From Ascoidea asiatica JCM 7603 (taxonomy: Eukaryota > Fungi > Ascomycota): a stretch of 64,000 bases of DNA. The DNA lies in NCBI GenBank assembly GCA_001600695.1, contig BCKQ01000011.1, positions 367,091 through 431,090 on the forward strand. The letters run 5' to 3'. The translations under genes and the position numbers were made by a program. Every line of letters begins with the position of its first letter. Positions within the stretch are counted from its first letter, which is position 1. Shown here one piece after another: positions 45,989-57,075 of this stretch. The notes beneath the pieces were generated by a model that ran no database searches, was not told the origin of the DNA, and was given only the letters and a program-made list of their open reading frames with translations.

Positions 45989-48900
45989 TTTTTTTGTAAA
46001 ATAGAAGAGAATATAGTAATATGAATATATAAAATTGAGATAAGTGATATTGTAATTGTAATTGAAATTGAAATTTAAATTGAAATTGAAATTGTAAAAG
46101 AAGTAAAATAATTGATTATAGTATAAGATTATTTATAATAAAATTCATTATATTTATAATAATAATAGTAATAATAAGGAGTTGAATTATATTATTATTA
46201 TGTTATGTATATATAAATAAAAAGAATAAGTATATGTTTATATATTTATATATTTATAAGAATTTTTTTTAAAATTGAATGTAAAATTGGTCAGTTAATA
46301 AATCTTAAATTTAAAATAATAATTTAAATTGTATAGAAGGAAATTTATTACTAATTTTTGAAATGAAATTTTTAAAATAATACGGTGAATTTTTTTTTTT
46401 AAAAAATTTTACTTTTTTAGTACTTGTTTTTTATTGATTAATTTGTAATTGAGATTTGATTATTGAAATGTGATTACTGAAATTTGTATTTTAATTAATT
46501 GATTTAATTTGAATGTTTTTTTTTTTTAAATTGATTTAATATAATTTTTTTTATTAATTTATATTTTGATTTATAATTTAATGAATATATTCGTATCTAG
46601 AATATGAAATTATAAAGTTATTTTATGATTTATTGATATACTATCGAGTTAAAATTATGATATTATAAAAACCGAAGATGGATGTATTATAGGATATTAT
46701 GAAATTATGAAATTATGAAATTATATTAATTAAAGATATTAGTATATTTAAAATATATTTGATTAAGTATTTGACTGTGATAATAAGAATATGAATAAGA
46801 ATAAGAATAAGAATAAGAATATGAATAAGAATATGAATATGAGAATAATATAAAATAAATTGAAATAAAATACCAAAGGTTAGAAAATTTATAAGAATAA
46901 AATGATTTATTAAAAGTTTAAGGAAATTTAATATTTATATAATGAAAATTGAGTATATAAATATATAATAAAATATGTAAGATATTTAAAGTAGAAATTA
47001 GCGTGCTTTTAGTATAATTTTTAGCAGAGTTTCTTCCAGCGCAGTAAAAACAGTAATAAAAGTAATAATACTGTAATAATACTGTAATAATACTGTAATA
47101 TTGTGAGTGATAATTATCGAATTATATCGAAACTCAAGGGCACGTAGGTCGTAGGCTGATGCGCGCTGCAGGCACAGGAAGCCGCACTTTTCAGCAGGGC
47201 TACACAGGCTCTAGCGTTCGCAGTCACAGTCGCAAACTCGTTGCCTGAGAAAGAAAAAAAAAAGAGAATATTCTTAAACACTGTATTTTATTTTATTTAA
47301 GTTGAAATTGGAGTTTAATAAGTTAATGCCAACGGTGGAATCAATAAGAAAATAACAGAAATCAAGAGAAAAAAGTAGAAGAAAAAGAACAAAAAAAAGT
47401 GATGGAATAAATGGAATAAAAGGAACAAGACTTGTTTAGGTAAAAAAACACTCAGGGAAAGTAGATCAGAGCACCTTACAGTAAGACAAGGTTTCAATCT
47501 GCACTTGAGCGTCAACTGGAATAAAACCCGTTTTTCTTTTGGTGTTTTTATTTACTATTTGAAATTTAAGGGAAAAAAAAGGAATCGGTGACTCCGGCTC
47601 GGGAAGCGAAAAAACCATCAATATTCAGTGTACTTTAGTAGTGAAGTGAATTTGTTAAGTAGCGTTGAATCTGCAAGTTGCTAGGAGAAGAATGTCGGCA
47701 ATGGGAAATTTCCATGAATGAGCCCAGTTTTTGCTGAGGTTATAAGAGACTTGAAAAAAAGGAAAAGGACCCAGTGTTCCCGCTGGTGGGGCATTTATGG
47801 AGCACATCGATATACCCTTAGCGAGAAGACAAAATAGAAATGTAAGAGAAGGCACTCCTGTCTCAGTTTTACAATTTGTAAGACACGAAGATATTCATTA
47901 CATCTTTCACCAATGAATCTAAGAAAATCTCCATTTTTTATTCCAATAAATTTGAATTGATTTCAAATATTAATTAGAATTGAACGTAAATTAATGAGAA
48001 TCCATTAATTTTTTTAGAAAATCCATTAATTTTCTAACCAATTGATTCTATTTACGTTACGTTCAGTAAAATGAAAAACGTAATATCCGCAGTGTTTAGT
48101 AAATAAAAGATCTGTATCGGTAATATATCGGAAGAGTTCGAGTTACAATTCACAAGTATACTACTTATATTATCAACTTCTTGTATTCTCACCGGTATAA
48201 ATTAGCACTGAGAAGTATTGTTGTTTCAGGGTGGTTTAACATCCAAAGAGTAGTCCACAACGCTGAGGATTTCTATTAGTGAGTAAACACATAGCCTAAA
48301 GGATGAAATGAAATAGTGAAAGAAGGAAAAGGAAATAATGATTGCGCGCGGCCTCAAATAAAACTGCGATATTAAAGTGGCCGGATGAAGGAATTGCGTT
48401 TGCGTTTGCGTTTGCGTTGCGCCAGAGTTTTGTGTGGTTTGTGTCGGTCTTTGAAGAATGCTCGGATAAACGACAATCCCAGCATCCAGAGCCTGAGACC
48501 GATCTTGAATTATCTTGAATTATCTTGAATTATCCAATTCTAGAGCAAAACCCGCGCAGTTTTGGTCCGAGTAATAAAGAGAGTCAAGAACTGAGCCAGA
48601 AAAGCTACGTGCCCGACACTGGTTTTGTAACTTTTCACTAGTGAAAAAACCCGTGCAACTGACATTTCTCCTATTTTCAGTCGGACCAAATGAAGCCTTC
48701 CAAACCCCCGAGCTCCCAAATATTCCCAAATATTACCATGGTTCTTCACTACGGTTCTTGTAACGGTTTTTGAATACGCTTAACTCTGAAAATCCATACT
48801 TATTCAGAGATCTCATTGTTTTCTTTCATTTCTTTTATTCTGGCCACTGTTCTTCTAAAGTTCTTCTAAAGTTCTTTTGTATTTGTTCTCTGGTATTCTG

Positions 48901-49914
48901 GTTATATTCTTCAAAACGCTTGAGGTAAATACTGTTAAATTATCAATTAGTTTGGTTTATTGAGACTGAAAATCTACTTAAATATCTCATTTACAATAAA
49001 TAATAACATTGATATGGTTACTTCAAATGTTATTATGATACCGATAATAATTAATCGAATAACTATCAAATAATATTATTGTCACAATCTCCACATTTAT
49101 CTGTATAACAAACATAAAAAAAAAAGTAACCTATCTAAAAATTCAATGATACTATTTTAAGCTATGTAATTTTATTGAAGAAAATCCTACCCATATATTC
49201 CTTCCTAATCTGGAACATTACTAATCAGTTACATAACTCGTATTGATTTACTTTTTTATTTGAAAAGAATGGTTATAAAATCTTAGTTTTTTTAGTCTGA
49301 ATTTATTTTAAAATTTTAATTTCTTTACTTTAAAATTCTACGGTAAAATTTATAAATCATTTTAATTAATCAATTAATTAATTAATCAATCTCAATTTTA
49401 TTCCTTTAAATGTCCAATAAATGAAGTATTTCCCCAGTTTTTATTTTTAATCTAAGACATTTTCAATTTACAAACCTTTAAAAATCACTTAAATCATAAT
49501 AATCATAATAATCATAATAATTATAACAATAATAAGTACCGCTCTTTAGTGCTTCAACATACTTGAACTAGCTGCTTCCCGGTTCTCTCTGCCTCTCAAA
49601 TAAGATCTTCGACTTTGAGTCATGAAATATCTTTTTTAACGTTACACGAGCCTTTTAAGCTGTTTTTTCTTCTTCAAAATCTTCGTCTTATTCCTTTTCG
49701 GGCTTTTAACTTCTTTCGGACTTTTCACTTACTGCAAGCAGCCACATACAAAAACACTAAAACGCATTACTCCACTTATAAACTTACGAATTTCAAAAAT
49801 TACAAACAAATTACATAATCACAATCATATTACGTAATACACGCCATTTTAATTAATAATAAAAAAAAAAAAAGTATACATTAATTTCAATATTTATTTA
49901 TTCAATTGACTAAA

Positions 49915-49954
<40 letters not shown>

Positions 49955-49964
49955 ACTATTTAAT

Positions 49965-50085
49965 TTAATTTGGTCCATTACCAAAATCAAGATTCTGAAA
50001 GTATTTTTTGATACTTTTTATAATCCCAGAAATATGTTTATCTTCCAAATAAACATCAAAAACTGAATTAATTTCATTATTATTT

Positions 50086-50129
<44 letters not shown>

Positions 50130-51225
50130 AATATTATTACTATTATTTGAAGTTATATTATTAAATGTATTTTCATTAATTTTAGGTTTATGATATGGTA
50201 AAACTATCATTATTATCATACTTTCACTTAATTCATGAATATAAATTGTTGAAGTTCTTGAATGAAGTGTAAATTTTTGAAATCTACCTCCAACATTTGA
50301 TGCTGTTTTTTTAAATGTTTTAACAACTGATGATATCTTTTGTGTTCTACCTGGAGTGGCATATTCATTATTTAAATTATTATCATTATCATTATTATTA
50401 TTATCCGTATCTCTATTCATATTATTATTATTATTATTTTTATTAAATTCTGGAATTGTTGAATATGAAACAATTGATAAAAATGATTTTATTTCAAATA
50501 TTATTAATTCTTTTGCATGTATAGCTTCTGAAATTTTTTTTAAATAACTTTTCATTAATCCTGCTTTTGGTACTAATTCTTCAACAACTTTTGACCATGC
50601 TAAATATAATGATTCATCCCAAATTGTTGTTGGAAATATTTTACAATCTTCATTTTCATACATTTTTCTTAAATTTATATTTTCTCCATATTTAAATAAA
50701 TTCTCTTTAAAATTTTCTTTAATTCCATCTTTTTGATCTTCAATAAGTAAATCCCATTTATGTAATAATATAAAAACTTTACAATTTTCTGAAGTTTCTT
50801 TAATTCTTCTTAAAACTTTTGAAAATGTTACATAATCTTTTTTAACTGTATTTGAAACATCAAATACATATATTAAAACTTCTCCCATTGCAATTTGATT
50901 ATTACCTTGTCTTAATAAATTTTCCATAAATAAATCTTGTCCTGCACAATCCATTATTGATAAATTTAAATTATTAAGAAATCTAAAATCAGTTCTTTCA
51001 ACATCCATTGTTGCTCCTAATCTACTAGTTTCATATGCTGAATAATTACTAAATATCATACTTTTCATTGAAGTTTTACCTGATCCACTACGACCCTTTA
51101 ATTTATTAATGAAAAAAAAAAAAAAAAAAGTTAAATTATTAGATTATATTCTTCTTATCATACATATACTATATATAAGTAATATTTGTAATACTTACCA
51201 TTAAAAGTAGTTTCTTTTGACTCAT
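49965..51225 (-). CDS. GTR1: Rag GTPase Gtr1 (RagA/B); exons 51225-51199 and 51095-49965; about 385 aa
   Basis: Splicing gives MSQKKLLLM|GRSGSGKTSMKSMIFSNYSA..RLGAT.DVE..DCAGQD.FMEN..VFDV..LHK.D..T.IWDESLY.AWS, which restores the P-loop. Confidence 0.92.
51096..51198 (-). other. Spliceosomal intron (103 nt) in GTR1
   Basis: GTAAGT donor and AAG acceptor, fixed by protein homology; no TACTAAC. Confidence 0.85.
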
Positions 51226-51674
51226 TTTGAAAACAGTTATTCTATAAATATATTAATCCTCAATAACAATTGAAATCTATTATCTATTTATCCTTTTCAA
51301 TTCATTTATATATTCAAAATAGAACTACTTTTCATACAAATCAATTGATTCTATTTACAATAGTAATAACCTTTTATTATTATTATTATTATTATCCTTA
51401 TCTCGTCACTTCTTCAGTACCGTAATAAATAATCAATAATAATTAGGATTAAAATATCCGTACACTTCCTGATAACGGTAACGGAAATATTTACACAATC
51501 TGTATCCTTAGTCCGGATATAAATATATTTTTTTTCAATTATTTTAATAAAAGAAATTGAAAAAAACTTGTAATTGAATAAAATATATATTATGAGTGTC
51601 AAACTAATAAATATCGATTGCTAGCTTGCAATTAGAAAAAAAAGTAAAAAAATATTATAAACAAAACTTTTGTA

Positions 51675-54600
51675 CTATTGAATAACTTCAAAAGAACTTT
51701 CTTCATTATCTTCTTTTTTCAATAATCTAGTTAGTTTAAAAAATAAACTTAAAAAATTAATAAAGTCTAAAAATAAATCGTTAACCAGAATAATCTTAAA
51801 TATTGGATTTAAATATTTCAATTGTTCTTCAATTAATAATCTATCTTCTTTTGTTAAGCTTCTGTTATGAATCTTAATTTTGTTTAAATTCAAATTTGAA
51901 ATCATTTCCTTTGAAATATTTTTTGATGGAAGATTTTCAAATAAACGATTATTATCTCTAGAATGTACATTATTCTGAAGTATATTAGCATTCCTAGCCA
52001 AATTTCTATTTCTTATACGTTCTTCTCTATTGATAAGATAACTACCGGATCTACCATTATTATACATATCACTATCGCTAACTTGAATTTCACCAGTTGT
52101 TGGATTTCTAGATATTCTTCCCATAAAACTACGATTGGATCCTGTAACTAAACCACTTAAAATATTTCTTTCAAAAGTTCTAACATCAATTCGATTTCCA
52201 ATATTGGTAGAGTATCTATTACGATTATTCAAATTAGATGGGTCAATAGCATTTTCGCGATACCTAAATTGATCGTTTCTAACGTTGGAAGAGATTATAT
52301 CCATGTTTAAAGTTGGTATAACATTTTCAAGTTCAATAAATTCATTACCATTACTATGAACATTGTTTTGATTATCATTTGTATTCATTGAATCATTCTC
52401 ATATTTTGCAATTGTTTTTCCAAGCAATTCACATAATATTTTACTTATAAATTGAAAAAATGCTCTATGAGTTGACATTAAATTCTGATTGTATGGAGAA
52501 AGTAAGTAATCCTCAGCAGGATTTTTTCTATAATTATATTTATTAGCATTATAATTTTCATCATCAATGTAATTATCTTCAATTAATCTACTATAAAATT
52601 CTTTAAGATCATTTGTTTTTTCTTTTATTCTATTCATTACATTAAATTGAGAAACCTTTATGAACCCCATTGTCAAAATTTGAATCAATTGTAAATTTTT
52701 CTCTTTATCTTCAATAAATTCTTTATAATATTCATAAAATAAATTCTGCATAGTGGTTTTCCAAATTTTAAAAATATTTCCATTTTTTTTGTGAGGTCTA
52801 TTTAGTAAAAAAAATTGATAATCGAAGTTAGGTGGATATTTTTGGTTTGAACTTTGTGGGAATATGGGCAGACTTTTAGAATTAAATTTATACTTAAATT
52901 TAGATATACTATCAGTTCCATATACTGGATTGGGAATAACCCCAGCAAAACCTTCAAAATCAAATAGAACTAAAGCCTCAATTATATCTAAAAGGCCATC
53001 ATTGAATTTAACTTTCAAATTTTCATTCTTTGAAACAAGTTTTGGCAATAAAATAAATATTTCAAGCTTTAGTATGAACGCTTCCTGATTTTGAGAATTA
53101 ATCAAATTCTTATTATTATGACTATTTAAGTTTGCTTCTTTTTTTAGCAACGTGTTTTTGATTGAAGATTGAATAATATCGATTGATTCTTCATCAAAGT
53201 CAATATTTGGAAAACCATTTAAAACTCTAAAACAATTTATTTTTAGCCAAAGATTTACATCAGAATCATCTAATTTTAAATTATTGATTATAGATTCTTT
53301 GAATAATTTATTTATTTGAATAACTGTTTGCAAATTAATTTGATAATCACACTCAAAATTATTATTTTTGCCTTTCTTCATATTATTATCTAAATGATTA
53401 TCATTTGTGATCAAATTTTTTGAAATATTATTAATAGAATGGTTATTCAAATCATCATTTTCACAATCATAATCTTCTTCACCATATCCTAAATCCTTGA
53501 TATAAATTGAATAAATTTTAGTAAATAACACTAATAAACTAACTTTTTGATGATTATTTAAATTTTTATTTGATAATTTTTTTTTTATAAAAATTAAAAC
53601 TTTATTAATTAAGCTTGGAAGAATTAAAATGATCGCTCTTATAAATTTAGTGGAAGAATTATAAATAGACGGAGATTCATTAAGATATTTATTCAAATCA
53701 CATGTTAAATTTTTATTTTTTCTAGATAAGGTAATGAAAAAGAAATAGAAAAATTCTATTAATGAATTTGAATTTTCAAGTAATTTATTTTGAATGAAAT
53801 GGAATTTAACTTTAATTTGAGAAATGTTCAAAAAAGAGACCATAAGATTTAAAATATTAATATAAGATTCAATAATAAAATTGGAGTTTAAAAGTTGCTT
53901 TTTATTATTATCAACATAATCAAGTAAAATATTATCATTGTTAGTATAAAATGCAGTTATGATCTTGAAAGTACTATCTAATAAACTTGAAATATTATCT
54001 AATAATGAATCATCAATATTTAAATCCAGAATAGCATCATTTAATTTTTTTTTTTGATTATTTATACATTTTGTTAAATTAATTAAATATGATTCCAATG
54101 AAGATAAAAGTGGATTGAAAATTAAAGCCATGCATTTTAAATAATGATAAATATCTTTACAATTTAAATTTTGATTACCTTTAATGACGTTTGTTAAAAA
54201 GAAATTAGAAATCAAAGTTAAAGATTTTGAATAATTTAAAATTAAACAATTTAAAAAAGATTGATCAAAATTTAAATAAGAAGTAGAATTATCACTTAAA
54301 TCATTTTTTGTATTAAAATTTAAATCTGAATTTATATTAAAACTTTCGAATTTAATTGATTTTAAACAAGAAAAATAATAACAAATTTCTTCAATATCTG
54401 AAGATCCAGGATTTTTATTAATTGATTCAAAAATTAAATCAAATAATTTTTCAACAATATTTTCTTTTATTGCTTTACTAAAATTCTCAACATTATTATT
54501 AAAATTCTCGCCTTTTTTTAAACTTTTACAAGGTTCATTTTTAATATGTTTAAATAAATGAAAGTTTTTAGCAACTGAAGATAAAACTAAAGAATTTGAG

Positions 54601-55964
54601 TTATTAGAATTTTTAATTAAAAAATTTGAAAATTTTAGTAATATATAAATTGAATTTAAAATTTTTATATCTTGATTTAATAAATTAATTAAATTATTAG
54701 TAATAAATTCATAATCATTATCTTTTTGTAAAATTATTGAAAAACAATTAAATAAAAGAGAAAGAGTTTTATATTGAAAAAGTTCTTTTAAATCATTTTT
54801 TAGTTTAAAACGTAAATCTTCATTCTGATCATTTTTATTAATACTTAAATTTTCAATATCAGATTGAAAAACAAATTTATTATGAGTAAGAGGTTGATTA
54901 TTAGTATTTAAATTAGAATCATATAAAAATTTTGAATTTTTTCCAGAAGTATTTGGAGTAAAATAATCATTTTCATTTTCATTTTCATATTGATTTTGAT
55001 TTTGATTTTGATTTTTTCTTAATATTGGAACATTAAAAAGTAATAAAAGTTTTAAAAATTTTTCTTTAATTAAATTGATTTGATTTCTATTCATATAAAA
55101 AGAATTTTCATTAATATTTTCATTGATATTTTCATTGATATTTTCATTGATATTTTCATTGATATTTTCATTGATATTATTATTTTTATTTGAAATCCAA
55201 AATCTTTTAATATGAGTATTTAAACAAACTAAAGTAAATTCAACAATTTTTTTACTTTCGGAAAGTATTGTAAGAAAATTTAAAATTGTGATTTTTTCAT
55301 TATTAATACTATCTTTATCTATATAACGATAACAATTATTTTTATAATTATTATGAAATTGATTATTTTTTCTATATTGATTTAAATTTTTAATAGGGTT
55401 TGTATTAACAAATTGACTAAGAATTGCTTTTGAGAGTAGATTTGAAGTTTGATCTGGATTTAAATTTGAATTTGCAATTGCATCTAAAGTTTTAATTTGT
55501 TTAATTCGAATTGAATCAAAATATGAAGAAGAATCAGATAATGAATCTATATTAGATTTATTTATATAATCATTTAAAGGATAATTTGGATTTTCATAAA
55601 AGGAATTAAAAGAATTTACAATTGAATTAAATTTTTCAAATTGATTTATTAAAATATCTAAACAATCGGATATAAAATCAGAAGATTTTGTTAAAGATTC
55701 AAAACGTTTATGAGCATTAGTTATTAAATTTTTTTTTTTTGATGAATCATTATTATAAAAGATTTTTATACAATCATAAGCTGATAATGGATCTGAAAAG
55801 TTAGGAGAGTTTGATTGAGATTCCTCTTGTGATTGTGATGGATCATGAGATTGTTCTTGAGGTTTAGAATTGGATGGGTTTGGAGAATTTTCTTTAAATA
55901 GGTTTTGAAAAGAATCTTCAATTTCCTTTTGAGTGTACTCTTCAAACAGATCTTCGAAATTCAT
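51675..55964 (-). CDS. Large helical protein, possibly a highly diverged importin-beta/karyopherin (HEAT repeats)
   Basis: 1429 open codons. The N-terminal pattern AHKRFESLTKSSDFISDCLDIL...FTLVCLNTHIKRFW...INLIKEKFLKLLL resembles IBN_N. The gene is well supported; the family call is weak. Confidence 0.6.
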   Translation of the reverse strand: MNFEDLFEEYTQKEIEDSFQNLFKENSPNPSNSKPQEQSHDPSQSQEESQSNSPNFSDPLSAYDCIKIFYNNDSSKKKNLITNAHKRFESLTKSSDFISDCLDILINQFEKFNSIVNSFNSFYENPNYPLNDYINKSNIDSLSDSSSYFDSIRIKQIKTLDAIANSNLNPDQTSNLLSKAILSQFVNTNPIKNLNQYRKNNQFHNNYKNNCYRYIDKDSINNEKITILNFLTILSESKKIVEFTLVCLNTHIKRFWISNKNNNINENINENINENINENINENINENSFYMNRNQINLIKEKFLKLLLLFNVPILRKNQNQNQNQYENENENDYFTPNTSGKNSKFLYDSNLNTNNQPLTHNKFVFQSDIENLSINKNDQNEDLRFKLKNDLKELFQYKTLSLLFNCFSIILQKDNDYEFITNNLINLLNQDIKILNSIYILLKFSNFLIKNSNNSNSLVLSSVAKNFHLFKHIKNEPCKSLKKGENFNNNVENFSKAIKENIVEKLFDLIFESINKNPGSSDIEEICYYFSCLKSIKFESFNINSDLNFNTKNDLSDNSTSYLNFDQSFLNCLILNYSKSLTLISNFFLTNVIKGNQNLNCKDIYHYLKCMALIFNPLLSSLESYLINLTKCINNQKKKLNDAILDLNIDDSLLDNISSLLDSTFKIITAFYTNNDNILLDYVDNNKKQLLNSNFIIESYINILNLMVSFLNISQIKVKFHFIQNKLLENSNSLIEFFYFFFITLSRKNKNLTCDLNKYLNESPSIYNSSTKFIRAIILILPSLINKVLIFIKKKLSNKNLNNHQKVSLLVLFTKIYSIYIKDLGYGEEDYDCENDDLNNHSINNISKNLITNDNHLDNNMKKGKNNNFECDYQINLQTVIQINKLFKESIINNLKLDDSDVNLWLKINCFRVLNGFPNIDFDEESIDIIQSSIKNTLLKKEANLNSHNNKNLINSQNQEAFILKLEIFILLPKLVSKNENLKVKFNDGLLDIIEALVLFDFEGFAGVIPNPVYGTDSISKFKYKFNSKSLPIFPQSSNQKYPPNFDYQFFLLNRPHKKNGNIFKIWKTTMQNLFYEYYKEFIEDKEKNLQLIQILTMGFIKVSQFNVMNRIKEKTNDLKEFYSRLIEDNYIDDENYNANKYNYRKNPAEDYLLSPYNQNLMSTHRAFFQFISKILCELLGKTIAKYENDSMNTNDNQNNVHSNGNEFIELENVIPTLNMDIISSNVRNDQFRYRENAIDPSNLNNRNRYSTNIGNRIDVRTFERNILSGLVTGSNRSFMGRISRNPTTGEIQVSDSDMYNNGRSGSYLINREERIRNRNLARNANILQNNVHSRDNNRLFENLPSKNISKEMISNLNLNKIKIHNRSLTKEDRLLIEEQLKYLNPIFKIILVNDLFLDFINFLSLFFKLTRLLKKEDNEESSFEVIQ

Positions 55965-57075
55965 AACGATTTTTCGATAAATGAATGAAGAAATTGATTG
56001 ATTGATTGATTGTTTGTTTGATTGAATGATTGATTAATTAATTAATTAATTGGGGAATTAATTGATTGATTTCTAGATAGAGTATATTGATGGATTTAAA
56101 TCAAGATAGAGAGATAAGGGGATAAAATAATATATTTTTTAAAGAAATAGAGGTTTTAATTTATCATTCCAACTTTAAAAAATGGATTGATTATTAGTAA
56201 GAAATAAACAATTGAAAAATATCTTTTTTTAAAGATTTTAATAAATTTATATAATTTAAACGATGAATTATATATAAATGTAATAGAAATAAATTTGAAA
56301 AAGTATAAAGAAGCTAAAGAAGCGTTTAGCAAATACGAATAATTTTGAAAGTATGAATATGTGAAATGATGATTGTTTCTTGAATCAATTTAATTCCACT
56401 GTTTATTGATTAATATTTGTGGTTGGAAATATTAATTAAACTAACGAGATAAGAGTAAAATTTAAGGAGAACTCAGTCACAATACCTTAAAGAATAGATA
56501 GATGATAAATATTAGCTAGAGATGTCTATGGCTAGCTTAGTTGATTTGTTTTTGGATAGCAAATGATGGCAATTTCTCTTTGAGAGGTGAGCCTGTTTAT
56601 CTGTTTGAGTTACTTTGAATACAATAAATATAATGGATTGATCAATTATTATTATTATTATAATTATTATTATTATCAGTGATAGCAATAATAACAATTA
56701 ATAGTTGATATGTTCTTTCTAAAAGTGGTTGCTATTGCTAAGTAGATAAATAACCACGATAAATATCCACAACTTTATCACCAAATCCCCAAATCCTGCC
56801 TGCGCACGCCACCGCAGTCACCGCAGTCACCGCACCGCCCGCCAGAAAGAAGTCGAATCCGAAACTGAAACTGCAGCCGTGGCCCGGGGAAATTCCGCAC
56901 GCTCGGCCACTTCCAGCATCAAAACCATCAAAACCAGAACCGAGGGTCTTCTTCGAGATGAATTAAAAAATATTTATATTTATATTTATATTTATTTGTT
57001 TATATTGATTATGAAGATGAATTATTGAAACTTTTATATATACTGTATAGTTTATATATGAAAATAAGTTATAAT

